From Minisyncoccota bacterium (GTDB taxonomy: Bacteria > Patescibacteriota > Minisyncoccia > JAHIHE01 > JAGLIN01), in contig JBAZUT010000003.1 in the NCBI GenBank assembly GCA_041661265.1, positions 79,191 to 143,190 on the forward strand: a DNA stretch of 64,000 nt, given 5' to 3'. The position numbers were made by a program, and so were the translations under genes. Shown piece by piece: positions 33,476 through 43,081 of this stretch; within the stretch, counting starts at the first letter, position 1, and each line of letters opens with the position of its first letter. The notes beneath the pieces are model-generated. The model made no database searches, had not been told where the DNA came from, and saw nothing but the letters and a program-made list of their open reading frames with translations.

Positions 33476-36322
33476 ATGAATGTGACCATGAGCGAGTGTT
33501 TGACGGAAACAAAAAGAATTGCAAAAAAGATCATAAATATAAAAAGAATAAACAGAGCGTTGTCCTTGATAAGCGTAATCGCACTCGTCGTGCAAACCAC
33601 GATTGCGGGAAATATTGCCGGCTCATTTGTTTTTAGTGCAAAACCGGCTTTTGCTGTTTCTGCTGGTAGTTCCGTGAGTAAGTGTGAATGGTGGAGCCAA
33701 GAAGAGATAACGCCTGGAAATTGGGGTTGGGCAAGTAAGATTAATTATGACGTCACCAAAGCATGGTGCGATGGGAAAAGTCTGCCTCCAAATCGTCTTT
33801 CAACGTATACTCCCGCAGCCACCGCGAAAATTTCAGGATATAAATACAAGGACATAATTAATGATGGAATTGACGAGGGGGATACAAAAATTGCGGGATG
33901 GGAAATCGTCCTCTCTGGCAGCAAGTCGGCCACGACATCAACCGATGCGAATGGATATTATGTATTCAGCGGACTTATGCCCGGCAATTACACAGTATCG
34001 GAAGGATCAAATGCCGAAAAAGGAACGTTCGTCCAAACAGTGCCTGCCGGAAGCAGCTATTCGATCGCACTATCGGAAGCAGAAAATAAAACAGGAAATG
34101 ATTTTGCGAATTATTTTCCGAGTTGCGGAAATTCACTGACAGATGTTTTTGATGTTTACAGCGAAGCCTGCGACGATGGGATCCTGAATGGCGTTTACGG
34201 CTACTGCAACAGCGATTGTTCCGGCCAAACTGCAAGCATTTGCGGTAATGGCGCAAAAGAAGGCGATGAACAGTGCGATATTAGCGATGGTGTGGGAGCA
34301 CATCAGTCATGTTCAGATCAATGTTCGATAATAGATCTTCCTTTTTGCGGGGACAGTGTCAAAAATGGAGATGAAGCCTGCGATGGAACAGACGGAGTCG
34401 GCGAGCATCAAGCATGCACGGAAAATTGCACTATCGTCGATCTGGCATTTTGCGGAGACCAGACAAAAAACGGGAATGAGCAGTGCGACGGAGGCGACGG
34501 AACAAGCGAGCATTACAGCTGTACAGCTTCATGCACACTTGAATATATCCCATATTGCGGCGACGAGATCAAGAATAATAATGAAGCTTGCGACACAAAT
34601 GACGGCATAGGAGACCATCAATCTTGCAACAATGAGTGTTCAATCGTGAATATCCCATATTGCGGCGACGAGATCAAGAATAATAATGAAGCTTGCGACA
34701 CAAATGACGGCATTGGAGACCATCAGTCTTGTTCAGAGACATGCTCGATTGTCGAGCTGCCTTACTGCGGTGATGGCGCTAAAAATCAGGAAACTGAGGC
34801 ATGTGATGACGGAAATGCGGCTAACGGCGACGGATGCTCGGCAACTTGCGAGACAGAGATGCCGCAAGGACCTGTTTGCGGCGACAATATCAAAAATGGA
34901 AATGAGCAGTGCGACGGAACGCAGGGCATAGGAGAGCACGAATCGTGCAATAGCCAGTGCGTCATCCAGAACGATCCGTATTGCGGAGATAATATTGTAA
35001 ATGGAACTGAAGGTTGTGACGGAACGGCAGGAGTGGGCGAATATCAGTCTTGTTCCAACGAATGCACCATCACGAATCTGCCATATTGCGGAGATGGAGA
35101 AAAGAACGCAGCGGACCAGTGTGATGACGGAAATGCGGCTAACGGCGACGGATGCTCGGCAACTTGCGAGATCGAGGAAGAAAATAGCAATAATAATGGA
35201 GAATCCGGCAACAACAATACGGGCGGAGGAGGTTCTGCTGCGATCATGCAGTTCAATATTTCGGGCGAATCGCTCAGGTCATCGAATATCCGCGAAGACA
35301 GCGTCACGATCACATGGCTGAGTTCGCATTTCGCATCAAGCCAGGTCATATATTCTCTGGAAGGAGAAAGCCACGATCTGGATCTCAATGATAATTCCGG
35401 CACGCCGCCGAAATACGGCTATGCGCATACCACGGCCGAATTCGACAAAGATCCGAAAGTCACGGGACATTCCGCCACGATCACCGGATTGACGCCTGGT
35501 TCCGTTTATTACTATAGAACCGTTTCGCGCGGATCGTTTGCGGTCAGTGAAGAAAAAAGCTTTACTTTGCCGGATGCTGTGGTCAACAATTCTGATGCGA
35601 ATACTGCTGAAACGGCGGTCGCCAATAATGACGAAGGAGAGGTGAAGGGAATCACGTCAACATCGGAAGGCGATTCTCGCGACTGCAATTACATATCGTC
35701 ATTCATCAGGATCGGCGGGATCAATGATCCCGGCGAAGTGGAGAAAGTTGAAAAATTCCTGAATGATTTTGAAAGTGAAAATCTTTCCGTTGATGGAAAA
35801 TTCGAGCAAGCGGATTCAGATGCGATATCAAGGTTCCAGAAGAAATACACGAGTGATATTCTCGTGCCGTGGAATGGCAACATTCCGACCGGAAACGTAT
35901 TTACCACAACGATGAGCAAGATAAATGAAATATATTGCAAGAAGGACTTGCCCCTGACCGCAATACAGCTTGACGAGATCAGTGCCACGAAGACAAGGCT
36001 TGCGCTCGCTATTGCAAACAGTTCATCTGGAGACACGGAAAGTCCGGCTGCAGACAAAACAGCTCAGGATGAAACCGCCAGTGAATCTGTTTCGAATGAT
36101 GCATCAACGAATAGTGAAAATGGAAATGTGAAAGGCGCGTCTTCGGAAAATACCGAGAACGGAAGCGACGGAAATATCAGTAATGAAACGGCAAAAAACA
36201 ACGAGATCGAAACGAAGGTGGCGGGATATCAGACATATCTGAATTATATTCTGATTTTTGCCATAATTGCATCGGCAATATATGGATATGGCTATTATCG
36301 AAAAGGTAAACGGGAAGAATAA
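33476..36322 (+). CDS. large surface protein: CnaB/carboxypeptidase-regulatory-like domain, about 10 Myxococcus-type cysteine-rich repeats, FN3-like domain, PG-binding-like domain, C-terminal TM anchor
   Basis: 948 aa. DANGYYVFSGLMPGNYTVSE. Repeats of CGDxxKNGNEQCDGxDGxGEHQSCSxxCxI and CGDGAKN..EACDDGNAANGDGCSATCE. SVTITWLSS...YYYRTVS (FN3-like). VDGKFEQADSDAISRFQKKY (PG_binding_1-like). YLNYILIFAIIASAIYGYGYY anchor. Confidence 0.65.
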   Translation: MNVTMSECLTETKRIAKKIINIKRINRALSLISVIALVVQTTIAGNIAGSFVFSAKPAFAVSAGSSVSKCEWWSQEEITPGNWGWASKINYDVTKAWCDGKSLPPNRLSTYTPAATAKISGYKYKDIINDGIDEGDTKIAGWEIVLSGSKSATTSTDANGYYVFSGLMPGNYTVSEGSNAEKGTFVQTVPAGSSYSIALSEAENKTGNDFANYFPSCGNSLTDVFDVYSEACDDGILNGVYGYCNSDCSGQTASICGNGAKEGDEQCDISDGVGAHQSCSDQCSIIDLPFCGDSVKNGDEACDGTDGVGEHQACTENCTIVDLAFCGDQTKNGNEQCDGGDGTSEHYSCTASCTLEYIPYCGDEIKNNNEACDTNDGIGDHQSCNNECSIVNIPYCGDEIKNNNEACDTNDGIGDHQSCSETCSIVELPYCGDGAKNQETEACDDGNAANGDGCSATCETEMPQGPVCGDNIKNGNEQCDGTQGIGEHESCNSQCVIQNDPYCGDNIVNGTEGCDGTAGVGEYQSCSNECTITNLPYCGDGEKNAADQCDDGNAANGDGCSATCEIEEENSNNNGESGNNNTGGGGSAAIMQFNISGESLRSSNIREDSVTITWLSSHFASSQVIYSLEGESHDLDLNDNSGTPPKYGYAHTTAEFDKDPKVTGHSATITGLTPGSVYYYRTVSRGSFAVSEEKSFTLPDAVVNNSDANTAETAVANNDEGEVKGITSTSEGDSRDCNYISSFIRIGGINDPGEVEKVEKFLNDFESENLSVDGKFEQADSDAISRFQKKYTSDILVPWNGNIPTGNVFTTTMSKINEIYCKKDLPLTAIQLDEISATKTRLALAIANSSSGDTESPAADKTAQDETASESVSNDASTNSENGNVKGASSENTENGSDGNISNETAKNNEIETKVAGYQTYLNYILIFAIIASAIYGYGYYRKGKREE
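34548..34733 (+). repeat. near-identical tandem duplication (about 80 nt units, 105-nt period) inside the Cys-rich repeat gene
   Basis: TCCCATATTGCGGCGACGAGATCAAGAATAATAATGAAGCTTGCGACACAAATGACGGCAT(A/T)GGAGACCATCA occurs at 34548 and 34653. A second 50-nt identical pair, GTGATGACGGAAATGCGGCTAACGGCGACGGATGCTCGGCAACTTGCGAG, is at 34803 and 35121. Confidence 0.8.
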
Positions 36323-36661
36323 AACTCCAGAATCTCAACGTCTTTAAGTGGAATAGATGCCTTCAGATGCTATAAATGCTCCGCAGGAGAAGCGGAGTGT
36401 TTATTGTGATGCCAGAACCTGCCTTTCGGACAAGCAGTCGGCATGGTTGAGTTTATTGTGATATTTTGCTTCCGCATAAGAGAACCGTTTAATTCACCGT
36501 GACAGGAAGCGTCTATGGAGTTCAAATTTCAAACAAATATATGATCCGTTCCAACACTCGATTGCCCGGGGAGAAATAACTGTTTTGCTAATTGCTATTT
36601 ATATTATTTGATTTATTTGATATAATTAAAAAATAGCGCAATTTATATTTTAACAACTTTT

Positions 36662-37837
36662 ATGAAACAATCAGATTACAAAAAATCATTGGCATTGCAC
36701 AAAAAACATGGCGGGAAACTTGAGATCAGAAGCAAGTTCAAACTGGACAACAAAGACGACCTTTGCCTCGCTTACACTCCTTGCGTAGCTGAAGTCTCAA
36801 GGGAGATCGCAAAAAACAAAGAACTTGCAAAAATTTATACATTGAAGAAAAATACGGTCGCTATAGTTTCCGACGGAAGCGCTGTGCTTGGGCTTGGAAA
36901 CATCGGCCCCGAGGCCGCGATCCCTGTCATGGAGGGGAAAGCCGTGCTTATCAAGAAGCTCGCGGGAATCGATGGTTTTCCGATCTGCCTGGACACTCAA
37001 GATCCGGAAGAAATAATCAAAACAGTACGAATGATCGCTCCGGTGTTCGGTGGAATAAATCTCGAGGATATTTCCGCGCCAAAATGTTTTTATATAGAGA
37101 GCCAATTGCAGGACGTAGGGATTCCCATCTTCCATGATGACCAGCATGGAACTTCAATTGTGGTCACAGCAGCTTTGATAAACTCGGCAAAGGCGCTCAA
37201 AAGAAAAATATCAGACATGAAAATAGTCATCTGCGGCGCGGGAGCTTCAGGAACAGCCATAACAAAAATGATCCATGCGACTTTGCAGCCGAAAGATATC
37301 GTCGTCTGCGACAGCCAGGGGATAATCAGCCGGAGCAGAAGCGACCTGAATCCCGTCAAAATGAAGCTGCTTGAGATCACGAACAAACAGAACATTTCGG
37401 GATCGCTGCAAGATGCTCTTCCTGATGCAGATGTTTTTATCGGAGTATCCGTCGGAGGGATACTGAAACCGGAAATGATCACTCTTATGAACGCCGATCC
37501 GATCATCTTTGCGATGGCAAATCCGGTGCCGGAGATCATGCCTGATTTGGCGATCAAAGCCGGCGCTTCGATCGTGGGGACCGGAAGAGGAGATTTTCCC
37601 AATCAGATCAACAACGTGCTTTCTTATCCCGGCGTTTTCAAAGGACTGCTGTCATCCGGACTCACAAAGCTTACCGACGACATCAAATTAACAGCTGCGA
37701 AAGCTATCGCCGATTGCGTGAATAAGCCCAATAAGAACAAGATCCTTCCGAGCGCTCTCGACAAAAGGGTGCCTAATGAAATCGCGAAATCAATATACGC
37801 ATATAAAAAAACAAAGCATAGGATCGATAGCAAGTAA
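36662..37837 (+). CDS. NAD(P)-dependent malic enzyme (short type)
   Basis: 391 aa. CLAYTPCVAEV, IVSDGSAVLGLGNIGPEAAIPVMEGKAVL, VICGAGASGTAI (Rossmann) are typical of short malic enzymes. Confidence 0.8.
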   Translation: MKQSDYKKSLALHKKHGGKLEIRSKFKLDNKDDLCLAYTPCVAEVSREIAKNKELAKIYTLKKNTVAIVSDGSAVLGLGNIGPEAAIPVMEGKAVLIKKLAGIDGFPICLDTQDPEEIIKTVRMIAPVFGGINLEDISAPKCFYIESQLQDVGIPIFHDDQHGTSIVVTAALINSAKALKRKISDMKIVICGAGASGTAITKMIHATLQPKDIVVCDSQGIISRSRSDLNPVKMKLLEITNKQNISGSLQDALPDADVFIGVSVGGILKPEMITLMNADPIIFAMANPVPEIMPDLAIKAGASIVGTGRGDFPNQINNVLSYPGVFKGLLSSGLTKLTDDIKLTAAKAIADCVNKPNKNKILPSALDKRVPNEIAKSIYAYKKTKHRIDSK

Positions 37838-38030
37838 AGGTCTGCCCCCGCCTCAAGAGACGAAGAACTGTCTTTGTGCTAAAAAGCATTTCTTATTATC
37901 AAGCCCTGGTTTTAAAATAGTTTTTATGCTTAAGATGACGACTGATTTTTTTGACGTTTCGACTTTTTAAATGTATAATAAATTCATATAGCTTGAACTG
38001 TTTAATATAACGCTGTTAATTTTAAAAACA

Positions 38031-38972
38031 ATGAATAAATTAAATCTGATAGTGTTAATCTTTTTAATAAGCTGTGTCATGGCTTATATTTTTTTTGGCA
38101 ATAATGCGAACGATATTAATAATCCGCAAAATACTCAGAATGAAAGTTTGGCGATGAAAGGATCCGATACTGAAGTTCAACTGGTTTCTAATCTCGCCGA
38201 AGCATTTACTGTGAAAAATTCCAATGCCGATATTTCTGTAACTGGCGGAGGAAGCGGAGTAGGCATAGCCGCCTTGATCAACGGCGAAATAGATTTGGCA
38301 AATTCATCGCGGGCAATGAAGCAGGATGAGATATCTCAATCTGCGAACCGTGGTCTTGATGTTCAGGAGTTTATCCTGGCAATTGACGGTCTAACTGTTA
38401 TTACTCACTCTGAAAATCCTATCAATCAACTCTCCATAGACCAACTTGGAAAAATATACAAAGGGGAGATTAAAAATTGGAAAGAAGTGGGTGGAAATGA
38501 CACTCCAATCGTTCTTTATGGGAGACAGAGCACCTCGGGAACCTATAACTTTTTTCGAGATTCGGTTGTTAACAGCGATTATTCTTCAGAGATGAAAACC
38601 ATGGAAGGCAATCAGGCTATTGTCGAAGCAGTCAAGCAGGATACAAATGGCATTGGATATGTTGGTGTTGGTTATGCTAAAAATGACAAAGGAGAACCAC
38701 GACAAGATATTAAGATTATATTACTCCATGGAGTTGGAGAGCCCCCCGTTTCTCCGCTTGATGAACTTGCTGTCAAAGATGGCCGATATCCGATCGCTCG
38801 ACCAATATTTCAATATATACCGCGTCTTCCCCTGAAAAATTCTATCCTGGAAAGATATCTCCAATTTGAGGCGTCAAATGAAGGGCAAATAATAATTGAA
38901 AATGCCGGTTTTTACTCACTCAATGACGAATATCGCAATAAAAATCAACAATTGTTCAATAAGATCAAATAA
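38031..38972 (+). CDS. pstS: phosphate ABC transporter substrate-binding protein
   Basis: Lipoprotein-like N-terminus. GSDTEVQLVSNLAEAF...TGGGSGVGIAALINGEIDLANSSRAMK. Gene order pstS-C-A-B. Confidence 0.8.
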   Translation: MNKLNLIVLIFLISCVMAYIFFGNNANDINNPQNTQNESLAMKGSDTEVQLVSNLAEAFTVKNSNADISVTGGGSGVGIAALINGEIDLANSSRAMKQDEISQSANRGLDVQEFILAIDGLTVITHSENPINQLSIDQLGKIYKGEIKNWKEVGGNDTPIVLYGRQSTSGTYNFFRDSVVNSDYSSEMKTMEGNQAIVEAVKQDTNGIGYVGVGYAKNDKGEPRQDIKIILLHGVGEPPVSPLDELAVKDGRYPIARPIFQYIPRLPLKNSILERYLQFEASNEGQIIIENAGFYSLNDEYRNKNQQLFNKIK

Positions 38973-38973
38973 A

Positions 38974-39861
38974 GTGAACTCTAATCATAGTTCGATCAAT
39001 ATTTCAGAAAATCTTCCCAAGTGGGCCTTTGGTTTTATGGCCACTCTTACAGTTGTGATTTTGTTCGGGATCTTTATATTTTTGCTCATAAGCGGTCTGG
39101 GAACATTCAGGGAGATCGGGTTAGGCGAATTTTTTTTGGGAACCGATTGGAATCCGACCGCATTCAATGCTCCGTCCTGGGGGATTCTGTCTTTAGTCGC
39201 TGGCACAGTTATGATCAGTTTGCTGGCAATTTCGATTGCCATTCCTTTTGGTTTGTCAATCGCGATATATCTTTCCGAAATAGCTTCTCCTAAAACAAGA
39301 GAGATTCTAAAGCCGCTTGTGGAAATGATCGCCAGCATCCCATCGGTAGTACTGGGTTTTCTGGGACTGCTGTTCGTGGCTCCCCTTATCGCAGGGATAT
39401 TTCATTTAACGAATGGACTGAATGCATTGACCGCTTCCATTCTGGTTGCAATCGCAGCTTTGCCGACCATTGCCAGTATCTGCGAAGATGCTCTGTCGAA
39501 TGTCAATCAGAGGTTCAGGGAAGCGAGTCTGGCCCTGGGAGCCACCAAATGGACAACAATAAAAAGAATAGTTATCCCTGCGGCGAGTTCCGGTTTGATC
39601 GCAGCTTGTATGCTTGGCCTGGGAAGGGTCATTGGTGAGACAATGATCGTACTCATGGTTGCCGGCAACAATCGGGCATTTCCACATTCTTTTTTAGATG
39701 CAGTGAATCCTATGACGGCTAATGTCGCCATTGAAATAAAAGAAGTTGTGGTAGGGAGTCTTCATTGGCAGAGCCTATTTATGATCGGATTTGTTCTTTT
39801 TATGATGACTTTTGTGATAAATTTCATAGCAGATTTATTGATTTACAAAAAATCATTATGA
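38974..39861 (+). CDS. pstC: phosphate ABC transporter permease
   Basis: EAA-like loop and TM helices. Track ORF opens at 38896 and overlaps pstS. A GTG at 38974 sits immediately after the pstS stop. Alternative ATG at 39037. Confidence 0.75.
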   Translation: MNSNHSSINISENLPKWAFGFMATLTVVILFGIFIFLLISGLGTFREIGLGEFFLGTDWNPTAFNAPSWGILSLVAGTVMISLLAISIAIPFGLSIAIYLSEIASPKTREILKPLVEMIASIPSVVLGFLGLLFVAPLIAGIFHLTNGLNALTASILVAIAALPTIASICEDALSNVNQRFREASLALGATKWTTIKRIVIPAASSGLIAACMLGLGRVIGETMIVLMVAGNNRAFPHSFLDAVNPMTANVAIEIKEVVVGSLHWQSLFMIGFVLFMMTFVINFIADLLIYKKSL

Positions 39862-40715
39862 AAATAAAAAACATTACATCGGAGTCAATATATTTTTCTA
39901 TATTTCACGCCATGACACTTATAGGAATAGGGTTGCTCATTTTGACTCTGATTCTGCTGCTTTTGTCCGGATACTCCGTGATCGATCAGGATTTTCTGAC
40001 AAGGAACTGGCAGCATAGGGACATTACCCAAGGGGGCATATTTCCTGCTATTTTGGGATCTTTATATTTGGGACTTGGCGTAATAGTGATAAGTTTTCCC
40101 CTGGGAATAAGTACTGCGATATTCCTTACCGAATATTCGAAAAATAATCTATTGAACAGAATAATTCAGCTGGCTATCAGAAACCTGTCCGGCGTGCCCT
40201 CTGTAGTATACGGCCTGTTTGGACTCGTGGTTTTTGTAAACATTTTATCCTTCGGCTCTTCTCTCCTTTCGGGGGTTTTAACGTTATCACTCATGACCAT
40301 ACCGTGGATCATTACGGCTTCAGTGGAGTCTTTCCAATCCGTACCGCAAAAATTCCGCGAAGCAAGCCTTGCGCTCGGAGCAACCCAATGGCAAACGATC
40401 AGAAAAGTAGTGCTTCCATCAGCTATTACCGGATGCATAACCGGAGGAATTATAGGCGTAGCTCGAGCGCTTGGTGAAACAGCTCCGCTTATTATGGTCG
40501 GAGCTACTTTTTATCTTTCAAAGCTTCCTTCTTCTCCCCTTGATAAATTTATGGCTCTTCCTTATCATACATTCATTTTAGCAACCCAGCATTCCAGTCC
40601 GTATGCCAATAGTTATGCGGCGGGCACGGCATTCGTATTGATAATGCTGACTTTTTTGTTGAGTTTGGGCGCGATCATTCTGCGCTTTCATTTTAGAAGT
40701 AAAAAAGATTGGTAA
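39858..40715 (+). CDS. pstA: phosphate ABC transporter permease
   Basis: ATG at 39858 overlaps the pstC stop (ATGA). Conserved permease block ASLALGATQWQTIRKVVLP. Confidence 0.75.
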   Translation: MKIKNITSESIYFSIFHAMTLIGIGLLILTLILLLLSGYSVIDQDFLTRNWQHRDITQGGIFPAILGSLYLGLGVIVISFPLGISTAIFLTEYSKNNLLNRIIQLAIRNLSGVPSVVYGLFGLVVFVNILSFGSSLLSGVLTLSLMTIPWIITASVESFQSVPQKFREASLALGATQWQTIRKVVLPSAITGCITGGIIGVARALGETAPLIMVGATFYLSKLPSSPLDKFMALPYHTFILATQHSSPYANSYAAGTAFVLIMLTFLLSLGAIILRFHFRSKKDW

Positions 40716-40724
40716 ACCAAATTT

Positions 40725-41549
40725 ATGCACAAAACAGTCATTTCAGTTCGCAGTCTTAATATCTGGTACAGTGATTTTCATGCAATCAAAAATGTCAATA
40801 TGGATCTTCCTGAAAATCAAATAACTGCTCTCATCGGAGCGTCTGGCAGTGGAAAATCAACATTCTTACGATCCCTGAACAGGATGCTCGATATCATCCC
40901 TAGCGCGAAAATAGAAGGGGATGTGATTTTTAAGGGAGAAAATATTCTTGATCAGGATTCTGATGTAGTCTCACTGCGCAGAAAAATCGGCATGGTATTC
41001 CAAAATTCAACGCCTTTTCCTAAGTCAATTTTTGAAAATATCGCGTATGGCCTTGAATTACAGGGTATCAAAAAAGAATCCCGCGGATTTTGGAAAATGT
41101 TCAGTAATCAGAAATATGACTCACTTGAACTGGAAAAAAGCAGCCATCCTCTGGACAAAGCAGTTGTTAAGAGCCTTAAGGAGGCAGCGCTTTGGAAAGA
41201 AGTCAAGGACAGACTGCATCAGTCGGCATTCCGGTTATCCGGCGGACAGCAGCAGCGTCTATGCATCGCCAGGTCCTTGGCAGTGAAACCGGAAGTGTTG
41301 TTATTGGACGAACCTTGCTCGGAGCTTGACCCTATCTCAACCAGAAAAATCGAGGAGCTTCTCACTTTATTGAAAGAGAAATATACTATTGTCATCGTTA
41401 CCCATAATCTATATCAAGCAAAACGAATTTCGGATCATGTCGGTTTTTTTCACATGGGAGAATTGATGGAGTTTGGAAGTGCTAAAGATATTTTTGAACA
41501 TCCTAATCAACCCATTACAAAGGAATATGTATGCGGAGGTTTTGGATGA
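40725..41549 (+). CDS. pstB: phosphate import ATP-binding protein
   Basis: Walker A GASGSGKST, signature LSGGQQQRLCIARSLA, Walker B LLLDEPCSELDP. 274 aa. Confidence 0.88.
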   Translation: MHKTVISVRSLNIWYSDFHAIKNVNMDLPENQITALIGASGSGKSTFLRSLNRMLDIIPSAKIEGDVIFKGENILDQDSDVVSLRRKIGMVFQNSTPFPKSIFENIAYGLELQGIKKESRGFWKMFSNQKYDSLELEKSSHPLDKAVVKSLKEAALWKEVKDRLHQSAFRLSGGQQQRLCIARSLAVKPEVLLLDEPCSELDPISTRKIEELLTLLKEKYTIVIVTHNLYQAKRISDHVGFFHMGELMEFGSAKDIFEHPNQPITKEYVCGGFG

Positions 41550-41716
41550 AAAATCGGCAATATATCATAAAGCTCAGCGACTGCAATGAGATCAGTGCGC
41601 TGAAAAGAACTTCTCATGCATACAAAGTCGGAAGCAAAGTTTCAATCACCTTCTATCCGGACAATATACTGATATTCGATAAGCCGGTAAATCTCGATTC
41701 GGAAATGTCTGTTTAG
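41546..41716 (+). CDS. small TOBE/MOP-like domain protein (tentative)
   Basis: ATG overlaps the pstB stop. 56 aa with an ...VSITFYPDNILIF... OB-like pattern. Weak. Confidence 0.25.
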   Translation: MKNRQYIIKLSDCNEISALKRTSHAYKVGSKVSITFYPDNILIFDKPVNLDSEMSV

Positions 41717-41753
41717 AAAGTCACATTCAGCACTCTCATTCGTTATTATCAGT

Positions 41754-42323
41754 ATGGAAAAAATCACAGAATACAACACGAAGCTTTTGATGAATTTGGC
41801 AAAAAATGGCGACAGTGAAGCATTTGAAGCCGTTTATTGCAGATATTTTACACCCATATACAGATACATCCTGTGCGGCGTCAGAAACAGGGAGATCGCA
41901 GAAGACATAGCTCAAACGGTATTCCTGAAAGCATTCAAGATGATAGAGAACTACAAAGACAACGGATCTGATCCTGCGCCATACTTTTACACAATTGCGA
42001 AAAATGCGGTTATCGACCACTGGAAAAAGAAAAAAGACATTCTTTACGGCGACGATCCGGAAAGAGTAAACACTATTTCCGATGTTTCGAAAAACCCCCT
42101 TGAAAAGATCGAGGACAACGAAAAGGCGCAAGAACTGATGGAATGCGTTGGAAAACTGTCCGAAGACCAAAAAGAGATCATTACCCTGAAATTCATTTGC
42201 GATCTTTCTAATCGCGAGATATCCGCTTATACGGGAAAAAACGAAGATGCCATAAGACAGCTTCAATGCAGAGCTCTGAGGTCGCTAAAAAATATATTAA
42301 AAACAACGCATGAAAATAAATAA
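41754..42323 (+). CDS. RNA polymerase sigma-70 factor, ECF subfamily
   Basis: Region 2 (YRYILCGVRNREIAEDIAQTVFLKAF) and region 4 (DLSNREISAYTGKNEDAIRQLQCRALRSLK). Confidence 0.8.
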   Translation: MEKITEYNTKLLMNLAKNGDSEAFEAVYCRYFTPIYRYILCGVRNREIAEDIAQTVFLKAFKMIENYKDNGSDPAPYFYTIAKNAVIDHWKKKKDILYGDDPERVNTISDVSKNPLEKIEDNEKAQELMECVGKLSEDQKEIITLKFICDLSNREISAYTGKNEDAIRQLQCRALRSLKNILKTTHENK

Positions 42324-43062
42324 CGAGAGCGACGTTCAAATAAACAAAGCCATCACGCTCAGGGAATCCGGAAAGAGCGATGAGGATATATTCAGGATGT
42401 TTCCCTCGCTGAAAGATGAAATATCCGAAATTTTCGAGATCATCGATATGCTGTCACAAAACGGAAAAAAAATGCTTCCCCCAAAAAATCTTTTGAAAAA
42501 GGTGCTTGTGAACGTACCCAGACAAAACAAGACTGAAAGCATTCTAAAGCAGGGGGACAGGACGTTTCCACGGCATGCAAACAACAAGCCTTTCGATGAG
42601 GAACCGTATCAGCAGAAAAGTCGAGCATACTTTAACATATTAAATCTAATTTCAAACACCATGAACAAAAAAACTGCTATGGGCATGGGAATTGTCATTC
42701 TCATGCTGGTTTTTGCAGTCGGCGCTTCAGTTGCACTGAAGGGCAAACGGGCAAAGAACTTAAACGATCAAAATATCGCCATAGAAAATGAGATCAATGC
42801 CGAAAAAGATTCTTTTGAACAGGACAGCGCGGACCTTGACGAACTGGCCAGCGACAATTCAGCTGAAGAAATAGGAACGGGACTTGCGGATATTGATAAA
42901 GAGGTCGAGACCGCATCCATAACCTCGGCTGCCGAACTGGAATTATTCGAGAAAGAACTTGCCTATGACCTCGACGCTTTTTCATCGGACCTGGACAGCA
43001 CTTCCGGGATCGAAAATGACAATTCGCTAAACACACTATCTGCCGATCTTGGCGGAGTATAA
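42310..43062 (+). CDS. putative anti-sigma factor / single-pass membrane protein
   Basis: Overlaps the sigma gene by 14 nt. Cytoplasmic N-domain, one TM (MGMGIVILMLVFAVGASVAL), acidic C-terminal region. Confidence 0.45.
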   Translation: MKINNESDVQINKAITLRESGKSDEDIFRMFPSLKDEISEIFEIIDMLSQNGKKMLPPKNLLKKVLVNVPRQNKTESILKQGDRTFPRHANNKPFDEEPYQQKSRAYFNILNLISNTMNKKTAMGMGIVILMLVFAVGASVALKGKRAKNLNDQNIAIENEINAEKDSFEQDSADLDELASDNSAEEIGTGLADIDKEVETASITSAAELELFEKELAYDLDAFSSDLDSTSGIENDNSLNTLSADLGGV

Positions 43063-43081
43063 TAAATAATTATTTAAAAAT

